DNA of 248,000 bases from Rhodosorus marinus CCMP1338 (lineage: Eukaryota > Plantae > Rhodophyta), in contig JAMWBK010000008.1 in NCBI GenBank assembly GCA_029953675.1, forward strand, positions 1,632,001-1,880,000. The letters are read 5' to 3'. The notes under the pieces were generated by a model, which did not search any database, was not told the origin of the DNA, and saw nothing but the letters and a program-made list of their open reading frames with translations. This document shows positions 234,262 to 248,000 of the stretch, one piece after another. Every line of letters begins with the position of its first letter. Position 1 is the first letter of the stretch. A program made the translations under genes and the position numbers.

Positions 234262-237075
234262 ATGGCAAAACCGGGTAGGCAGAAGAGCCGGACGTGGGAT
234301 CATTTTCGGCCGGTCCCGGGTACATCGAGGATGCGATGTACGCGGTGCACTACTGAGGTTACAGCGAGGCGTGATCGTATGCAGAAGCACTGGGATGGTT
234401 GTGTGGCGCAGCCGCGCGAGTCTGAGCACAGTCTCATTACCAAACCCGGGGACAGGAGAGACGGGGATCCGCGGTGGAATCAACCCGGGAGGAAAAGAAC
234501 GGCGACTTGGAGGCACTTCAAGGACTCCCCGGATCATAAGGGTAAAGCTCGATGTGATAAATGCGGTTACGAATTGTCAGCAAGGGTCGACCGGATGAAA
234601 AAGCATCTCATAATCTGCCGTCCTGAGCTTGGGATTGAAATAGAATCCACAAAAGGCGTTAAACCAGAACCGTCACCTCCAGACCCAGTACAACAAACCC
234701 CCCAAAACGGCCTGGAGAGGACGGCCAGTCGTCGATTGACGGATTCCGACGTGAGGGCTCTCAACAGGACTTTGGGAAGGCTAATTCTCAGACATGACAT
234801 ACACATCGGCCTACTTGATGATCCGGAACTGAAAAAGTAAGAAACCCTCGAAGAGAACCCAGAAAAACCAACAATAGAAGCCCTGTCATTGACACTGACA
234901 TCAACGCGGCGCCGTTGGTGGCGACGAGGATGGTCTTGAACGAATAAGGACAGGCTTCCTCCTTTCAGCTCCTCGTTCTCGGAGAACAGAGATCGCTTAG
235001 GGTCTTACAAGCAACTGAACGTTTACCTTTCTTTTACAGTCTCTGGCATGGTACGGTTTACGTCCCTCCTAGTCGAAGGAGTTGGATGTCGGTGATCGAG
235101 GATCTGTGGAGAATGGAGAAGAGCAAGTCCGAAACTTTTGTTCAGAGGTCTAGGCGTTTAACGCTCGTCACAGATGCGTGTAGAGAACCCAAAACTCCTC
235201 ATTTAGCCAGCTTTATTGCGGTTAATGAGAATGGGGAGAGTGTCATGTGGGATATGTCTCCCGTGTCGGCGGATGTAACAGTAGAGAACGTCGGAGAAGG
235301 ACTAAAGATGAGGCTGAATCGTCTCAGACAACTTGAAAAGGTTGTTGCGGTTACTATGGATGGAGGTGTCATGATGAACAGCGTGCGGAGAGCCCTTGAA
235401 AAGGATGCCGCGTACGAAGGTAAGGATCGTCGTAGAAAAGCTGAATTAGCTCAGGTTGCTGCTTACCGCATCTGATCGGTTCATGTTTTTCCGGGCTCTC
235501 GATCTCTCAGGCGTCATTTTCGGCCACTGTTTGGTACAGCAGACGAGGAAGATGGCCAAGGACTTGCTGATCGCGGGAGGGGACCTGTGGACGAAGCTAA
235601 AGACAGTCGAGCGAATCTGCTCCCAAATTGTTGCCTCGAGCGAGGCGCAAGAGTTTCTACGAACGTTCGAAGGCTACAAGGAAGTAGAACCGCAAGGTGT
235701 CAACGGAAGTGAATGGAATTCCGTGTTGTATTGTTTGATCCGGATCACTCAGAATAGGCCCGCGTTAAAGACCCTGGTCCGTAGAGGTGAGCTAGCGCCT
235801 AGCTCAGCAACTTGAAAGCGTGGAGCTTCGCTCTCAGCAGGCAGATATTTCCCGCTAGGTTTGTCCGTGGGCATTGATTTTGAGGAGAAGGAAGCCATTG
235901 CCGATGAGGAGTTCTGGCTGGCCGTTGAAGGATTCATGCCTGTTGCGAGAGTCTTCTGTTTTCTTCAGGGACTATCTGAGAGTTGTGAGCTGACATCAGG
236001 TACGGCGATTCCGTTGCGTGTTTTAGAATGCTTTCAACAGTGTTGGAGATGAGCTGAGTTGTTGGGTGCTGAATTGGGTTTTTGTGCAGGCTGCGTGGCA
236101 TTTGGATTCTACTGGATTCGGAGGATAGTGCAGACGTCAAAGAACTTTACCGATGTGCAGCGGGAGACGATGACCGAGGCAATCGAAGAGAGAATTCGAT
236201 TGGCGCTTGGGAAGGAAGCATGCGTCTCGTGGTATCTCGACCCGCGGCTGAGGGGTGCGGGAATGAAGGATCGCGATATCCACAAGACATGTGTTGCGGC
236301 GTCAGACATGGCCGTTCGGCTAGGAATCTTTGGGGACGAGGAAGCTGAGAGTTGGAAAGACAACCTGTTCTTGGAATGGCACGACTACAAGGACGGCAAG
236401 GGATCTTTTGATCTCTCCTCTTGCTGGAGTCCGGCAGTGACCAGGAAGCCGGAAAGGTACTTCATCAGCTTGATGCTTTTCGTTTGTTCGTTTCGGACTA
236501 TCACGGTTACTCACAGTCCGTCCTCGTCTGTACCCAGGTTTTGGAAGCTTCATCAGGGCCATTCCGATCACGTTGCGAAGTTGGGCTTACTTGTCACAGA
236601 TTACTGCTGCCACATTTCGGACTGCTCCAGGTCGACCTCTAGACTAACAGCAGAGCAGGTGATGCGAGGTCCAGGTCGTGACCTGGAACGACTGATTGCA
236701 ACGGAGTCCGTGAAGTGGTCAAGCAGAAAGTTGCTAGACGCTGGAAAGATCCAAAGGAGAATGGCGTACCTCATGAGGGAATACCGAGCTCTGCATCCAT
236801 CAAGCAGTGTCGAAGGACCGGATTCTATTTCGAATACCTGGGAGAATCGGGGTATTAGGTCTCGGCCGTCGAAGCAAGTGGAGGAAGAAGACGGCCTCTG
236901 GGAAGATGTTACCGGTTCAGCGGAGGGAGATTTTCTCGACTCAATACTGACAGAATATGGTAGCGAAAATGGAGAGGACATTCTGGACCGGGGGGAGAAC
237001 ACGCTGCTGGACGCCAAGACGGATTTGAGATGTTTCGAGGAGAAGATGGACAGCTTGATATCAGTGGCCAGGTAG
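234262..237075 (+). CDS. Intron-containing double BED-finger hAT (DUF659-type) transposase-derived gene
   Basis: WDHF..CTRC..H..C and WRHF..CDKC..H...C; TLVTDAC; W.LDPR; no TIRs seen nearby. Confidence 0.7.
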
Positions 237076-240000
237076 TCGCTGAGGCGGATACACTGCCGAC
237101 TGCTCTTACCCGTTGGCGCTGTCGACGTCTAGCCGTAGTCTCTCTATGAGAATGGGATACTGACGGCAGGTCAGAATCTACCTCGCGATGACGCAGAAGG
237201 GTCGAATGGCGCGCTCATATCCGCCCTGGAAACTCGCCACCAGCCCGAGCAGGGGGAACCAGCTCTTTCGCCCGGGAAGAGCCTCCCTCCCTTGGAACGT
237301 GTCCGCGATAATTGCTCAAGTTATTGTTGAAGAACATGGAAGGAGGAAAGGTGCTTTGAAAGGGGACTGGCTGTAGCTGGGTATTCCGGCGATAGACGAG
237401 AGGAGTCCACTATGTTCGGTGTCTAGTCATCTTATTCCAGCGATAGAGGAGAGGAGTCCACTATGCTCGGTCTCTAGTCATCCCCCACTGCCGCGGAGAG
237501 ACGCATTCTCTTGCTAGAGATTCTGGTATGCTTAACTGACCCTTTTCCAAATCGTGGGAGTGGGACTATCAATTTGTTCGGAGCCTTGGGGCGCAGCAAC
237601 GACGTAAGTGGAAAGGTGGTTCGTACAAGTTTCTACTCGAGCTGGTACAGTTTACGAAATCTGGCCTGGGTGGTCTGAATAGAAGAGGTTTGGTAGTATC
237701 TAAAGAACGAAACCAGTGTACAGACAAAACAGGAGCAATGGAAGAGCTGCAGGCCTTTCTTGCTCGGAGCTATGGAAACGGACAAGAGCAGGCTTTCAAA
237801 TATGTGGCAACCATTTTTATCGGGAAGTTTGGACGCCATGGAATCAGCATCCATTTCTATCGCAGCCACCGCCCGCTTGCGACCAAAACGCCTCCACCAA
237901 TAAGCGGCGACCACGAGCATGCCACGGACGGCCACCAACATTTGCTGAGGAAGTTGATAGGAACATTCCTAACTATGATCCCTGTGTAGTAGAAAATGAA
238001 AAAGGCTCGAACTCTAGGGTTTTCTGGTCCCCACCATCTAAGATCTAGATTTGTTTCTGCGACAAAAAAAAAAATGAAAACTTAACAACGCCAAAAGCGG
238101 AGATTGCCCCCGCCTCACGGAGGCGCATTTGCAACACGCATCTTGTGTAGCCACTTCAAGAAATGAGTCGCGACCGACAGCTTTTCATACCAAAGCCCTA
238201 ACTTTGCGTCGAAACTCGGGCCGCGAGAGCATGGTCTCCTCGGAGCTTTTGTACTCGCATTCAATCACAGCAAACCCCCCCCTTTCCTTTTCAGACGGGC
238301 GGATCGATGGTTTTTTCAAATTAATGAAGAAAATTCGCCGTCCTTAAGCAAGGCCGCATTATCGACCATTTGTTCTTGACTGAAGAAATTAAACTCTTTC
238401 AAATATTTTATTTAGTTTTCTCAATGAGAGCCTTTCGCTAAGGGGGTGGAAAACGAATTTAGAAATATTGCATGGGGGTTAGGAGCTGTTCGCTCAACAA
238501 ACGGATTTCGATTTAGAAACATTGCATGGAGTAGGCGCGTTCACTGGCACCTTTTTTTTGGGAAGGTTTGGGTTGTTGTACAAGGCCCGGCTCGTCGCGG
238601 GGGAATTGGGGAGCTCAGGTTTTCCTTCTCGAGTAAATACCAGTCTCCTAAAGCTGGCGGAATTGATAGACTCGTTTGCTACTCGAGCGTTAACGGGTAC
238701 CACCTGCTGTTGGCGACGAGTACAATCTCTTCTTATTAAAGAGTGGAGCCAGACTTGAGAACGTGCAGCCCTCAGAATCTTGCGAGGCAGAAGTGCGACA
238801 GGTCGGATGCTGAACAACAAGGCGCTCTCGTAAACGACGCTGAGACAGGCTTGACACGCCTCCAACACTCTCACACCCACAATCGTCTTTGTAACACAGC
238901 ACAGAATCCAGCTACTCAAGGCTTCTTGCTGAAGCATACAACTTTCGTCTCTCTACCATCTATTCATCTCGTACCTCCAAAGGCGCCGTTTAGATCGCTG
239001 GTTGCTTTGGTGCAGGGCTCCTCTTAAGGCTCTCGTTCAACAGCCTCCAAAGCCCGAAGAACTGCTTGGATGGCGCGGCTGTTTAGGTGGCTGAGCTCTT
239101 ATCCATCCCGTCTATAATCTCCCAAGGCGCAGCTCAAATGCTGGCTGCTTTGGAGCTGGGCTCTCTCTACCTGAAGGGCTCCTAGGGGGCGATCTGGTCT
239201 AACGGCCTCTATAGCCACTGAGGTGCCTTGTATTAGAAATCCATTTTGTTTTTGATCACAACCATCATTCCCTCCTCAGGGGTTACGGCGGGAGGAGATC
239301 TTAATTCCGTCTAGAAACCACCACCACCACAGAAGCTCCGACAAAACAAAAATTCAAATGATTCAGGAAAGACATGCAAATCGCGACTCTACCGCAAACT
239401 CTACAAAGAGTTGGTAAGCCTCGCGTAATGAAATGCGACACCTTTCAGAAACTACCAAAACACAAAATAAACATACTTAAAATATTGTATTTTTCATGTC
239501 TAGTTTTTTCTTTTTCATCTCGGACCATCAGTTGAAAAAGAATTGCAGTAGAAGCAGAATCCACCTAATTATTAATTTATTATGATATCTAGAAAATTTT
239601 GAACCTATACAAGGGGGGGAAACGTATCTTGACACGAAATTTATATTTGAATGTTTTCTTCACCATTTTCTGTAGTACAAAAAAGTGATTAAAAATTGAG
239701 ACATATATCCAGTTCTTCTTCAGGTTAAAAAAATGGATGAAAATGTTCTTCGAATATTTGCATTTCAATTGTCATAAAAACGAGGTTACCAGCAAAAGTA
239801 CTTCTGAAGTGGAAGAGGAGGAAGGAGGATGGGGAGGGGTTGGAAATTAATCAATAAACGAGTCAAACCATTTTGAGTATTCTATCAGAAACGGGGGGGT
239901 GGGTCGGGATTCCTTTATATAATATATAAAAGAAAATTTCTTGTTTAGATGAAAGAGACTAGAAAGGGAAATCCCCCCGGTAACGACCACTGCGAGATCA

Positions 240001-241132
240001 AATCATGGTCTTTCGTTTTTCATATACAAAAGACGATACCTTTACTGGTATTATCATTTTTTGAAATATTGAAAATATTATATCGTCTATCCAGTATAAC
240101 GATTAGAACGATGTGGGGTGGGGTGGATCCCGGCAAGGGCATCCAGTTTTACTCACTCTTTCACAATTTTAACCAAATTTGTTTTTGTATCCAATTTTTT
240201 TTTTTTTGCAAAGTATCTCAAAACCTTGAAAAAAGTAATTCGTGGTTTAATAGGTCCAATTCCATCTCACCTTGCGTGATTTACCCATCAAGACGTCCAA
240301 CCCCCCCATGTTTCAAGCGGCTGTCACCACTATCGATTATTCAATTAAAAAATAAATATACCCAATCAAAATCTCCCATGTTAGTTCCCACAATATTGAA
240401 AGTGTTTAGAAAAATAAGGGGTCCTGGTCAGATATCCTTTTCAGCATTTGTTTTCCGTTTTTAATATTGTGTTTTGGAAATATTTATTACAAAAACCGTT
240501 AATGGGGGGTTTGTGAGCGTTTTTAGTGAACCTGTCAGATTAGTTTTGTTTGTTTTTTGAGGGTCTAGTGGAAAACTAACCACTCTCACCCAATAAACCC
240601 AATCAAAATCTCCCATGTTAGTTCCAACAATATTGAAAGCATTTAGAAAAATAGAGGGTCCAGGTCAGATATCCTTTTTGGCATTTGTTTTCTGTTCTTG
240701 ATATTGTGTTTTGGAAATATTTAAGGGACCATCCGTTTAGTGGGGGGTATGAACATTTTTAGTTAACTTTCTTGTATTAGTTTTTGTTTGTTTTTTGAGG
240801 GTTTAGTCGAAAACTAAACACTCTAACCCCAACTGGGAGGAGAGTGAGAAAAATGTGGGGGGGGGGTGGTTTGGACGGGGCCAACGCGGAAGTAACATTG
240901 GTAGGTTGGTTGACATTGAATGTCAACGGGTTACCACAGATCGTGAATGGAAAGGGAGTTTCCCCCGATGAGGTATAAATAAGCTGAGCATGGGAGGAAA
241001 GAGCGAATGGAAGAGGAGGGGGGAGGGTTTGGTATCTCAGAGAGTTTTGGGCTGTAGGAAGACCTTGTTGAGCCGTCTCCTTGTTCTGTCTCTGTGTTAG
241101 TTGTTCTGTGTGATTTTGCGGCGAGCGGAAGG

Positions 241133-242392
241133 ATGTCTTTGAAAAAGCTAACGTTGCCGGATAATGTTTGTATTGCGGAGTACGTCTGGTTGGATGGGTT
241201 TTACAAGCTGAGATCCAAGGCGAGAACGCTTGACGAGGTCCCGACCTCTGCGGAAGATCTGCCGGAGTGGAACTACGATGGATCGTCCACTGGGCAGGCT
241301 CCGGGAACGGACTCTGAAGTCATCCTTAGACCCCAGGCGATCTATAAGGATCCATTCCGTGGTGCACCTCATATACTCGTCATGTGTGACACATACAACC
241401 CTCAGGGACTTCCTCTCGAGACAAACCAGAGGCACGACTGTGCTATCGTCATGCAAAAGGCCAAGGATCTCCTCCCGTGGTTCGGGTGTGAGCAGGAATA
241501 CTTCCTGATCGATAAGGCTACCGGCAGACCACTTGGATTCCCAGCGGAAGGGTACCCACTCCCTCAGGGTCCGTACTACTGCGGTGCTGGGGCCGGAAAG
241601 ATCTTTGGGCGCGATGTTGCGGAGGAGCACTACATTGCGTGTCTTTACGCTGGAATCAAGATGAGCGGAATCAATGCCGAGGTCGCTCCAGGCCAGTGGG
241701 AGTTCCAGATTGGTCCCGCTGTCGGCATGGAGGAAGGGGACATGATGTGGATGGCCAGGTATATCCTCGATCGAGTTACCGAGAACTACAACATGACAAT
241801 TTCCTACGACGCAAAGCCAGAGAAAGGTAAGCTTCGGCTCGAACAGATTCAACCTCAGGATTACGGACTTGGCATTGATCAATTTGGTCTGTTTCTGGCT
241901 TGCAGGGGACTGGAATGGATCCGGAGCCCACACCAACTTCTCAACTCAGCCAATGCGTGACGAGGGTGGCTACGAGGGTGCTATTATTCCCGCCCTTGAG
242001 CGCCTTGCCCTCAAGCACAAGGAGCACATTGCTGCATACGGCGAGGGCAATGAGCACAGGCTCACAGGGACGCACGAGACTTCTAGCATGGATAAGTATG
242101 TAGAGCTGACTTCCACTTTTAATGGGGGATCTGCCTTAAGTGTGGAGCGGAGACTGACCCAATTTTCTTGTGTCGATCTTTTCACCCGAATAGATTTAGC
242201 TATGCAAAGGCTGACCGTGGAGCGTCCGTCCGAATTCCGAACACCACTTATGCTAGTGGTAAGGGCTACTTTGAAGACCGCCGCCCGTCGGCATCGATGG
242301 ATCCGTACGTTGTTACAAAACTGCTGGTCAGCACCTGCTGCGATATCCCACTTCCGACAACCAAATTCTCTGAAACGCGGGCTGAACACTAG
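241133..242392 (+). CDS. GLN: Glutamine synthetase type II, spliced
   Basis: [57 protein letters not shown]. Confidence 0.96.
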
Positions 242393-242879
242393 GAGCTGTT
242401 CGGTTTGGTTTTTCCATTCTAGTGCTCCCTTGTTATATTTGAAAAAAGCAAAATGCTCATTTTTAAAGGAGACGTGTTGGCCGAGGTCACACATATACAG
242501 CCGTATTCGCATTCGAAGTCCAGTAGATTCTTTGCAACCTGCCTGGCCTAATTCCCCATCGGCCCTCCGGGCATCCTCTCCTTGATCAAGAGATTGGCTT
242601 CGCCCTGTATCTCCATCTACTCACGATCGTCTCCACTGAATTCGCACTTAGGTGGGCAACTTTCAAGCTGCAGCTATCGAAGGGCGCGATACTCACCGAA
242701 CCGGTGCACAATACTTTGAGCACCTCTTCCTCCCCTGAGGAAGCTAGGTCATGGCAACGGCTCAAAACTGCTGTTTTGTGCAGCACACTGCACCCAATCT
242801 ATGCTAGCTGAATTGCGTATGATTTCTCAAAATTTCCGAACACTTCCATATGCGGGCTGGCGGATTCAGGAGAACTCTT

Positions 242880-244835
242880 TTATCTTTCTCCTACTATCAA
242901 CGCGGACAAAGCACCTGCGAGGGCTTGCTGGTTCCTATCTGAGGCCTGGTTTCGTGCGCTTTCCTCGTCCAGGACCTTGACTGCTCCGTCTAAGACACGT
243001 TTGCTCACATTTCCACCGGTTTTCGCTGCCAGTCGAATAGCAGTGAGAGGCTTTCCGAGCTCGGCTAGCGAAGTGGCTAGCATGTGCAGGGCGTCGACAT
243101 CTTCCGCCCAACGCGCGTTTCTACGCGCCATCTGGTCATAAGCTGATAGGACCCGTACATAGTCTTTTCGGCTGAACCTTTCAAGTCATGTACGTTATCG
243201 GAAAGGTGGCGTGCGGTCAGCAGAAAGCCGCGAATCTTTGAGGCCGGACGTTTGCTCCGGCAGAACACGATTGGTTTTCATTTGAGCGTTAGCGAATGGT
243301 TTGGGAAAACCGGGACGTTCGGAGCGCGAGCTTACCAGTGCCTTATCAAGATCCTGTAGCTTCCCTTGGTTGGCTTTTCGGCCACGTTTACCATTGTATT
243401 CATGACCTCCAGAAACGAGTCGTGCTCGCGCCTGCATGAGTGCATGTGCAGCAGGGCATTCATCATGTGGATGTTGACCTGGACTCGTTTGGACACCACT
243501 TTCTGGAAAACTTGTGTTGCTTGCTGATACTCTCCTGCTAGCGAGAGGGCCATGAGCACTCTAGAGTAGTCAAGCTCGCTAACTGCGGAGCGCTCGTCGA
243601 GAGCTTGAAAAAGTCTGGAACCAGCGCGAAACTCAGAGCGCGAAGAAGACAGGGGGCATGTCCCAAAGGAAAGGGAGAAGATGCTGCGCGTACCGTGTGC
243701 AATCCGGAGCACTTCCCGCTCTCGAATACGCGCTCAGCAAACAAGACCGAATGCGATTCCTGTCGGAACTGGGTAAGCGCTCAGAGTCCTGCTCGACTTG
243801 CTTGATGACTTCCAAGTCGCTGGCGAAGCCAATATTGCGAGCAATTGTGGAGAGCGACTGCACGTCCATCGCCACGGTGTCATCCGACCTGAATTCTCGA
243901 TATAGATCCATCCTGCTCCTGGGACTGAGGCCCTTTTTTTCCATGGCACACAGGAGGTGAGCATAGATTTTGCTAGTTCTTGGAACCTTCTCCTGTTTCA
244001 GTTGGTAAAGGATCCATGACAGCCTGCGGACGTCTGCCCTCATTGCCATCATTCGTAGAATCCGAGGCTGTTGGACAACGCGCTTTTAGCGGCTCACTTC
244101 AAGGAATTCGCGGCGGAAGCTTCTTCCATTCAAACCTCTGGTGACCTTGGGGCCTTGAAGGGGCCAGTGGTTTGCTCAAGATGCTTCCTAATAGTTTTCT
244201 CATCTTCCTGAATCAGTCTCTCTTGAATCTCTTGGAGTACATGAGCGCGGCAATCCCAGTCAATACATTCTGGCCTTGTGAGGGTGTTCCTTTGGCGAGT
244301 GTCACGACTACAGTTCCACCCAGCTATACGCCCAGGGAAGAACCTTTGAAGCTTGTCCATAACCAGTTGAAGTTTGGGACGAAGAATCTAAGCTGATCAA
244401 TCTTAAGGTCCCTCCAGCAGACAGCCCTCTTTGACGCACTTCCACGACAACTTCTCTGAAAACTTTTCACTTTTCGCAGCGCGACCTAAAATACGTAAGC
244501 CGATCTCACCTAATTCAATTAAAATTCGTGGGCCATAATGTGCTGAACTGGAGTGGCCAACTTGACAGAGCCAAAGTCAAGTCTTCTGTCCGAGTTTGCT
244601 GCGCCGCTAGAACGTCACGATGAGTTAGTTCTCGATCCGAAGGTTCAGACAGCTGTCTCAGGATGCCACGAGTTTGAATTTGGATGATTTTGGAGGCAGC
244701 GCCCAGTTCGATGTTCGGCTGATTCATTTGGGAAGGTGGGCTTTGAGATCTTCTTGGAGCGTCGTGCCACACCAGCCATGGCTGTTTGCTCGGATATGAT
244801 CGCGAAGAAGAGAGGCGAGCTGGTGCAACCTTCAC
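242880..244835 (-). CDS. Pentatricopeptide repeat protein, multi-exon
   Basis: YSRVLMALSLAGEYQQATQVF..MMNALLH; YAHLLCAM; CLLSAYSRAG. Confidence 0.65.
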
Positions 244836-245555
244836 CTTCGCCGCCGACCGAACCGCGGTCTGCTAAAATGGGTGGGGGCGATCAGCATGACTCTCAGTTC
244901 GTACTAAAGGAATCACGTCAGAACGCAGTACCAAAGTATCATCATATTTAGACCTCGTGGATCTACCCCTGCAAGTTTCTTCCTCGGCTAAAACCTCCCA
245001 ATGAGGTGGTGCGCCATAGGCCGTCAGTCCCAATCCAACCCTCGGCTTGTGCCAGAACACTGTAATGACTGTGTTTCAATCCAATACCCAATTAATAGAT
245101 TGAATCAATCATTATTTTGTCGCCGTCCACGGTCGGCTCCGGTCGGCTGGCTTGCTTTCCGAACTTCTTTTGTTTTCAATAGAATTTCCGGTAATTTAGC
245201 CCGCTTGTGTTAACAAGCATAAACGAACATGAAATATCGTGTATAATAAGAGATATTCTTGTGTATAATGAAAATAAAAATGGGAGTTTTGACGTAATTG
245301 CGTTATGTATTAAGAGAGTGGATACGGCCGTCAGGTATGGGGACCGGACGGTCAGTGAAAAATGGATATTTTTTATTGGCCAACTGTTCGGGTTCCGTTG
245401 TTACCCGCGTCAATGTTAAGTTTCCATTTGACGGTTTTCAATGGGATAAGGTGGCGGACGGGGAGAGGGTTAGAGTCGGGGGAAGGACGGAAGTTTAGGT
245501 TTGGAAGATTTCTGGTGAGGATTGCACTGGATTAGGAAATTAGGAATCAGGAACT

Positions 245556-246992
245556 ATGGCGAAGAATAAGGAGAAGGAAGATAAGAAGGCTCTGGCCGAG
245601 GTGGAGAAGTCGTCCAAGTCATCTGTGAAGAAGGATTTGAAGAAGAAGAAAAAGAAGGATGTTGTTGATAACACCAAAGTTTCCAAGGACAAGAAAGATA
245701 AGACGGTGAAGAAGAAGGATAAGAAGGAGAAGAAGAAGGATAAGAAGGAGAAGAGGGATAAGAAGGAGCCCAAGGAGAAGAAGGATAAGAAGTCAAAGAA
245801 GGAGCAGAAGGCTGAGGAAGAACTGGCGAAGAGTAAGCTGGAAAAGGATGAGGACATGGAAAGTTCGGATGACGAGTCCGAAAAGTCTGAGGAAGTCATT
245901 GAGAAGTCAAAGCCTGGTGAGTCCCTCGGCATCAGAATCTCGACCTGTTTGTGCCAATGCTCTTAACGCCGGATAATGTTGTTGCCCGTTGTTTTCTCAG
246001 CTGTAGAAAAGAAGGATAAAGAGGACGCGGAAGATGAAAGTAGCTCTGAAGAGTCTGACGAGGAAATGAACGGAACGAAGGACGATAAGGAAGAGGATGA
246101 TGAGGATGATGCCGACGCCGAAGGAAGCGACGATGACGATGACGATGAGAAGTCGGAAGGCGACGATGAGGAGGAGGACGAAGATAAGATGAAGATTCAC
246201 ACTCCTGACAGCCACAAGAAACGCAAGTTTGACAACAACGAGGAGTCTACACCAGCGAAGAAAACAGACTTTGGAGACGGCGTCACAAAACTCTTTGTTG
246301 GCAATTTGCCGTTCAACGCCACCGAGGATGACCTTTACAACCAGTTCAGTACTTATGGAGAGGTCACCGATGTCTTCCTCCCCGTGCACAAGGACACCGG
246401 TAACAAGAGAGGTGAGCAAAGCTTTCTTTCTTCTTGTCAATCTCTGATTTTGACTTTTAGGAGTCCTCTTTCTGAACCTTAAAAACTGTTTGCATGCCCC
246501 TCCCGACCAGGATTTGGTTTTGTCACATTCTCGGATGCTGAGCATGCCAATAAAGCCTGTGAAATGGATGGCTCAGACTTGAATGGTCGTCAGATCAAGG
246601 TTAACCTGTCTCAGCCAAGAACTGAGGGAACAGGCGCATCCCCTCGAGGAGGTCGTGGTGGCGGTCGAGGTGGCTTTGGTGGTGGTGGCCGTGGTGGCTA
246701 TGGCGGTGGTCGAGGTGGCTTTGGTGATCGAGGCGGCCGGGGTGGAGGAAGAGGACGCGGTGGTGGTCGTGGAGGTAAGCTTTGTTTTTTCCTGCACAGT
246801 CAAGCATCTTGTCCTGGTTTTGTCTCTGATCCAGTGTGACAGGTTTTCGTTAACGTGGTTGTCGTGTGATTGCTAAATAGGATTCGGAGGCGGTAGAGGA
246901 GGACGAGGTGGAATCGGAGCTCCTCCGAGATACGTTGCCGAAGGATCGGACTCAAAGCCGCAGAATAGCAAGATCACATTTGGGGATGATTA
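245556..246992 (+). CDS. Nucleolin/NSR1-like protein (K-rich, acidic, RRM, GAR), spliced
   Basis: KLFVGNLPF..RGFGFVTF RRM; RGG repeats. Confidence 0.85.
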
Positions 246993-248000
246993 ACTGTATC
247001 GAACCAGTTTCTGAAAAGAAAACACATGTTCACTATTGCTGATTTTACTCGAACTCGACTGGGAAACTACACAATTGTTGACTATTTAGTACCTCGGAGA
247101 CTGTTCTCTTTCTCGGACATGTACTGCTTCACCGAACAACCCGCTCTACTTTTCCTAATAAGTCTGATATTAAAGCCGTGAACGGCCAGGAGAGAACGGA
247201 ATCACTTCGGAGCTCGCGGAGCTCGCGGCGGATAGAGTACTGTCGCCGCGACCATCGATCAGTCACATCTTGGAGACCCAGTTTGAAATCTTATTCGAAG
247301 TCGTGGACTGACAAGAATCTCTTTCAGCTCATCAAGGCCCAACCTCTGCACGTTCTTAGAGACGACTTTGCGATTAGAGGGCGGCTGAGGATCGTTGGTT
247401 TCGCGGGCGTGGTCGGGTTATGAAATTTTGCTAGGACAGTATATACTCCTCAAGACCGAAGCGATCCGAAGGCATTCGTCAAACGAGTAGGACCGGAGGC
247501 TGCAGAAATCACTGCTTTGTAGCCGGAGATGTCCCTCGTCAGCATATTCAGACATCGAGTGATGAGTTGTTTGTCGACTCTGATTCACCTCCTAGTTCAG
247601 CCCTGATTGGCGGTCACGGTTTCAACGCTCTCAACATTGCCCTACAGTAGATCATGCTCAAAGAGGTCTGAAAAGGCGCAGGACCCTTGGGCTTCACTTT
247701 CAGCAAGGCCAGAGCTTGGTGTTTCCAACACGTCCACAAACCAGCTTGAATTGCTGTCTTCGTGAAGACACTTCCAGAAACGTTTTTTTGGTCCCTAGTA
247801 GCTTCACATCCCGGGTTCCGACCGTTAAGGAAGGAGGGAGAGAGATGTTCGATAGCTCTCGCTAGCCTCGTTTGCTCGACGGCATCACGTGGCTTGCTTT
247901 GGTTTGAATGAACGACATTTTGTGAGGACTACACACTCACAGAAAGCGTCTTTACCACCAATTCTTGGCGTCTCTTCCGAACGATGGTATAGATATTCTT

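Overview
This is eukaryotic nuclear DNA, not prokaryotic: short GT-AG introns, an LHCR-type antenna gene, and plastid-targeted ThiC, PRPP synthetase and TIC236/TamB point to a red alga (inference). The window has two compartments. (1) About 1-122 kb is repeat-dense and subtelomere-like. It holds Ty3/gypsy chromoviruses, Ty1/copia remnants with a half-tRNA-type PBS, at least four families of CRE-like non-LTR retroelements with a restriction-like endonuclease, and a non-autonomous TIR element. These are interleaved with paralogous, mostly intronless secreted/cell-wall genes: VWA+TPSP x3, GT25 x2, beta-helix x2, RTX-repeat x2, and a trypsin-Hint fusion. (2) About 125-248 kb is gene-dense housekeeping DNA with a few degenerate minisatellites and one folded-back gypsy locus. 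The most notable observations are a spliced trypsin-Hint (Hedgehog-type) fusion gene; a ~140-aa ten-Cys secreted module reused with VWA, with RTX or alone; a ~540-nt candidate long U1-like snRNA; a Sec20 SNARE with a very large acidic lumenal tail ending EYEL; and a ~35-bp gypsy insertion hotspot inside a DNA transposon. All calls come from reading the sequence and ORF track; no searches were run, and multi-exon boundaries are approximate.
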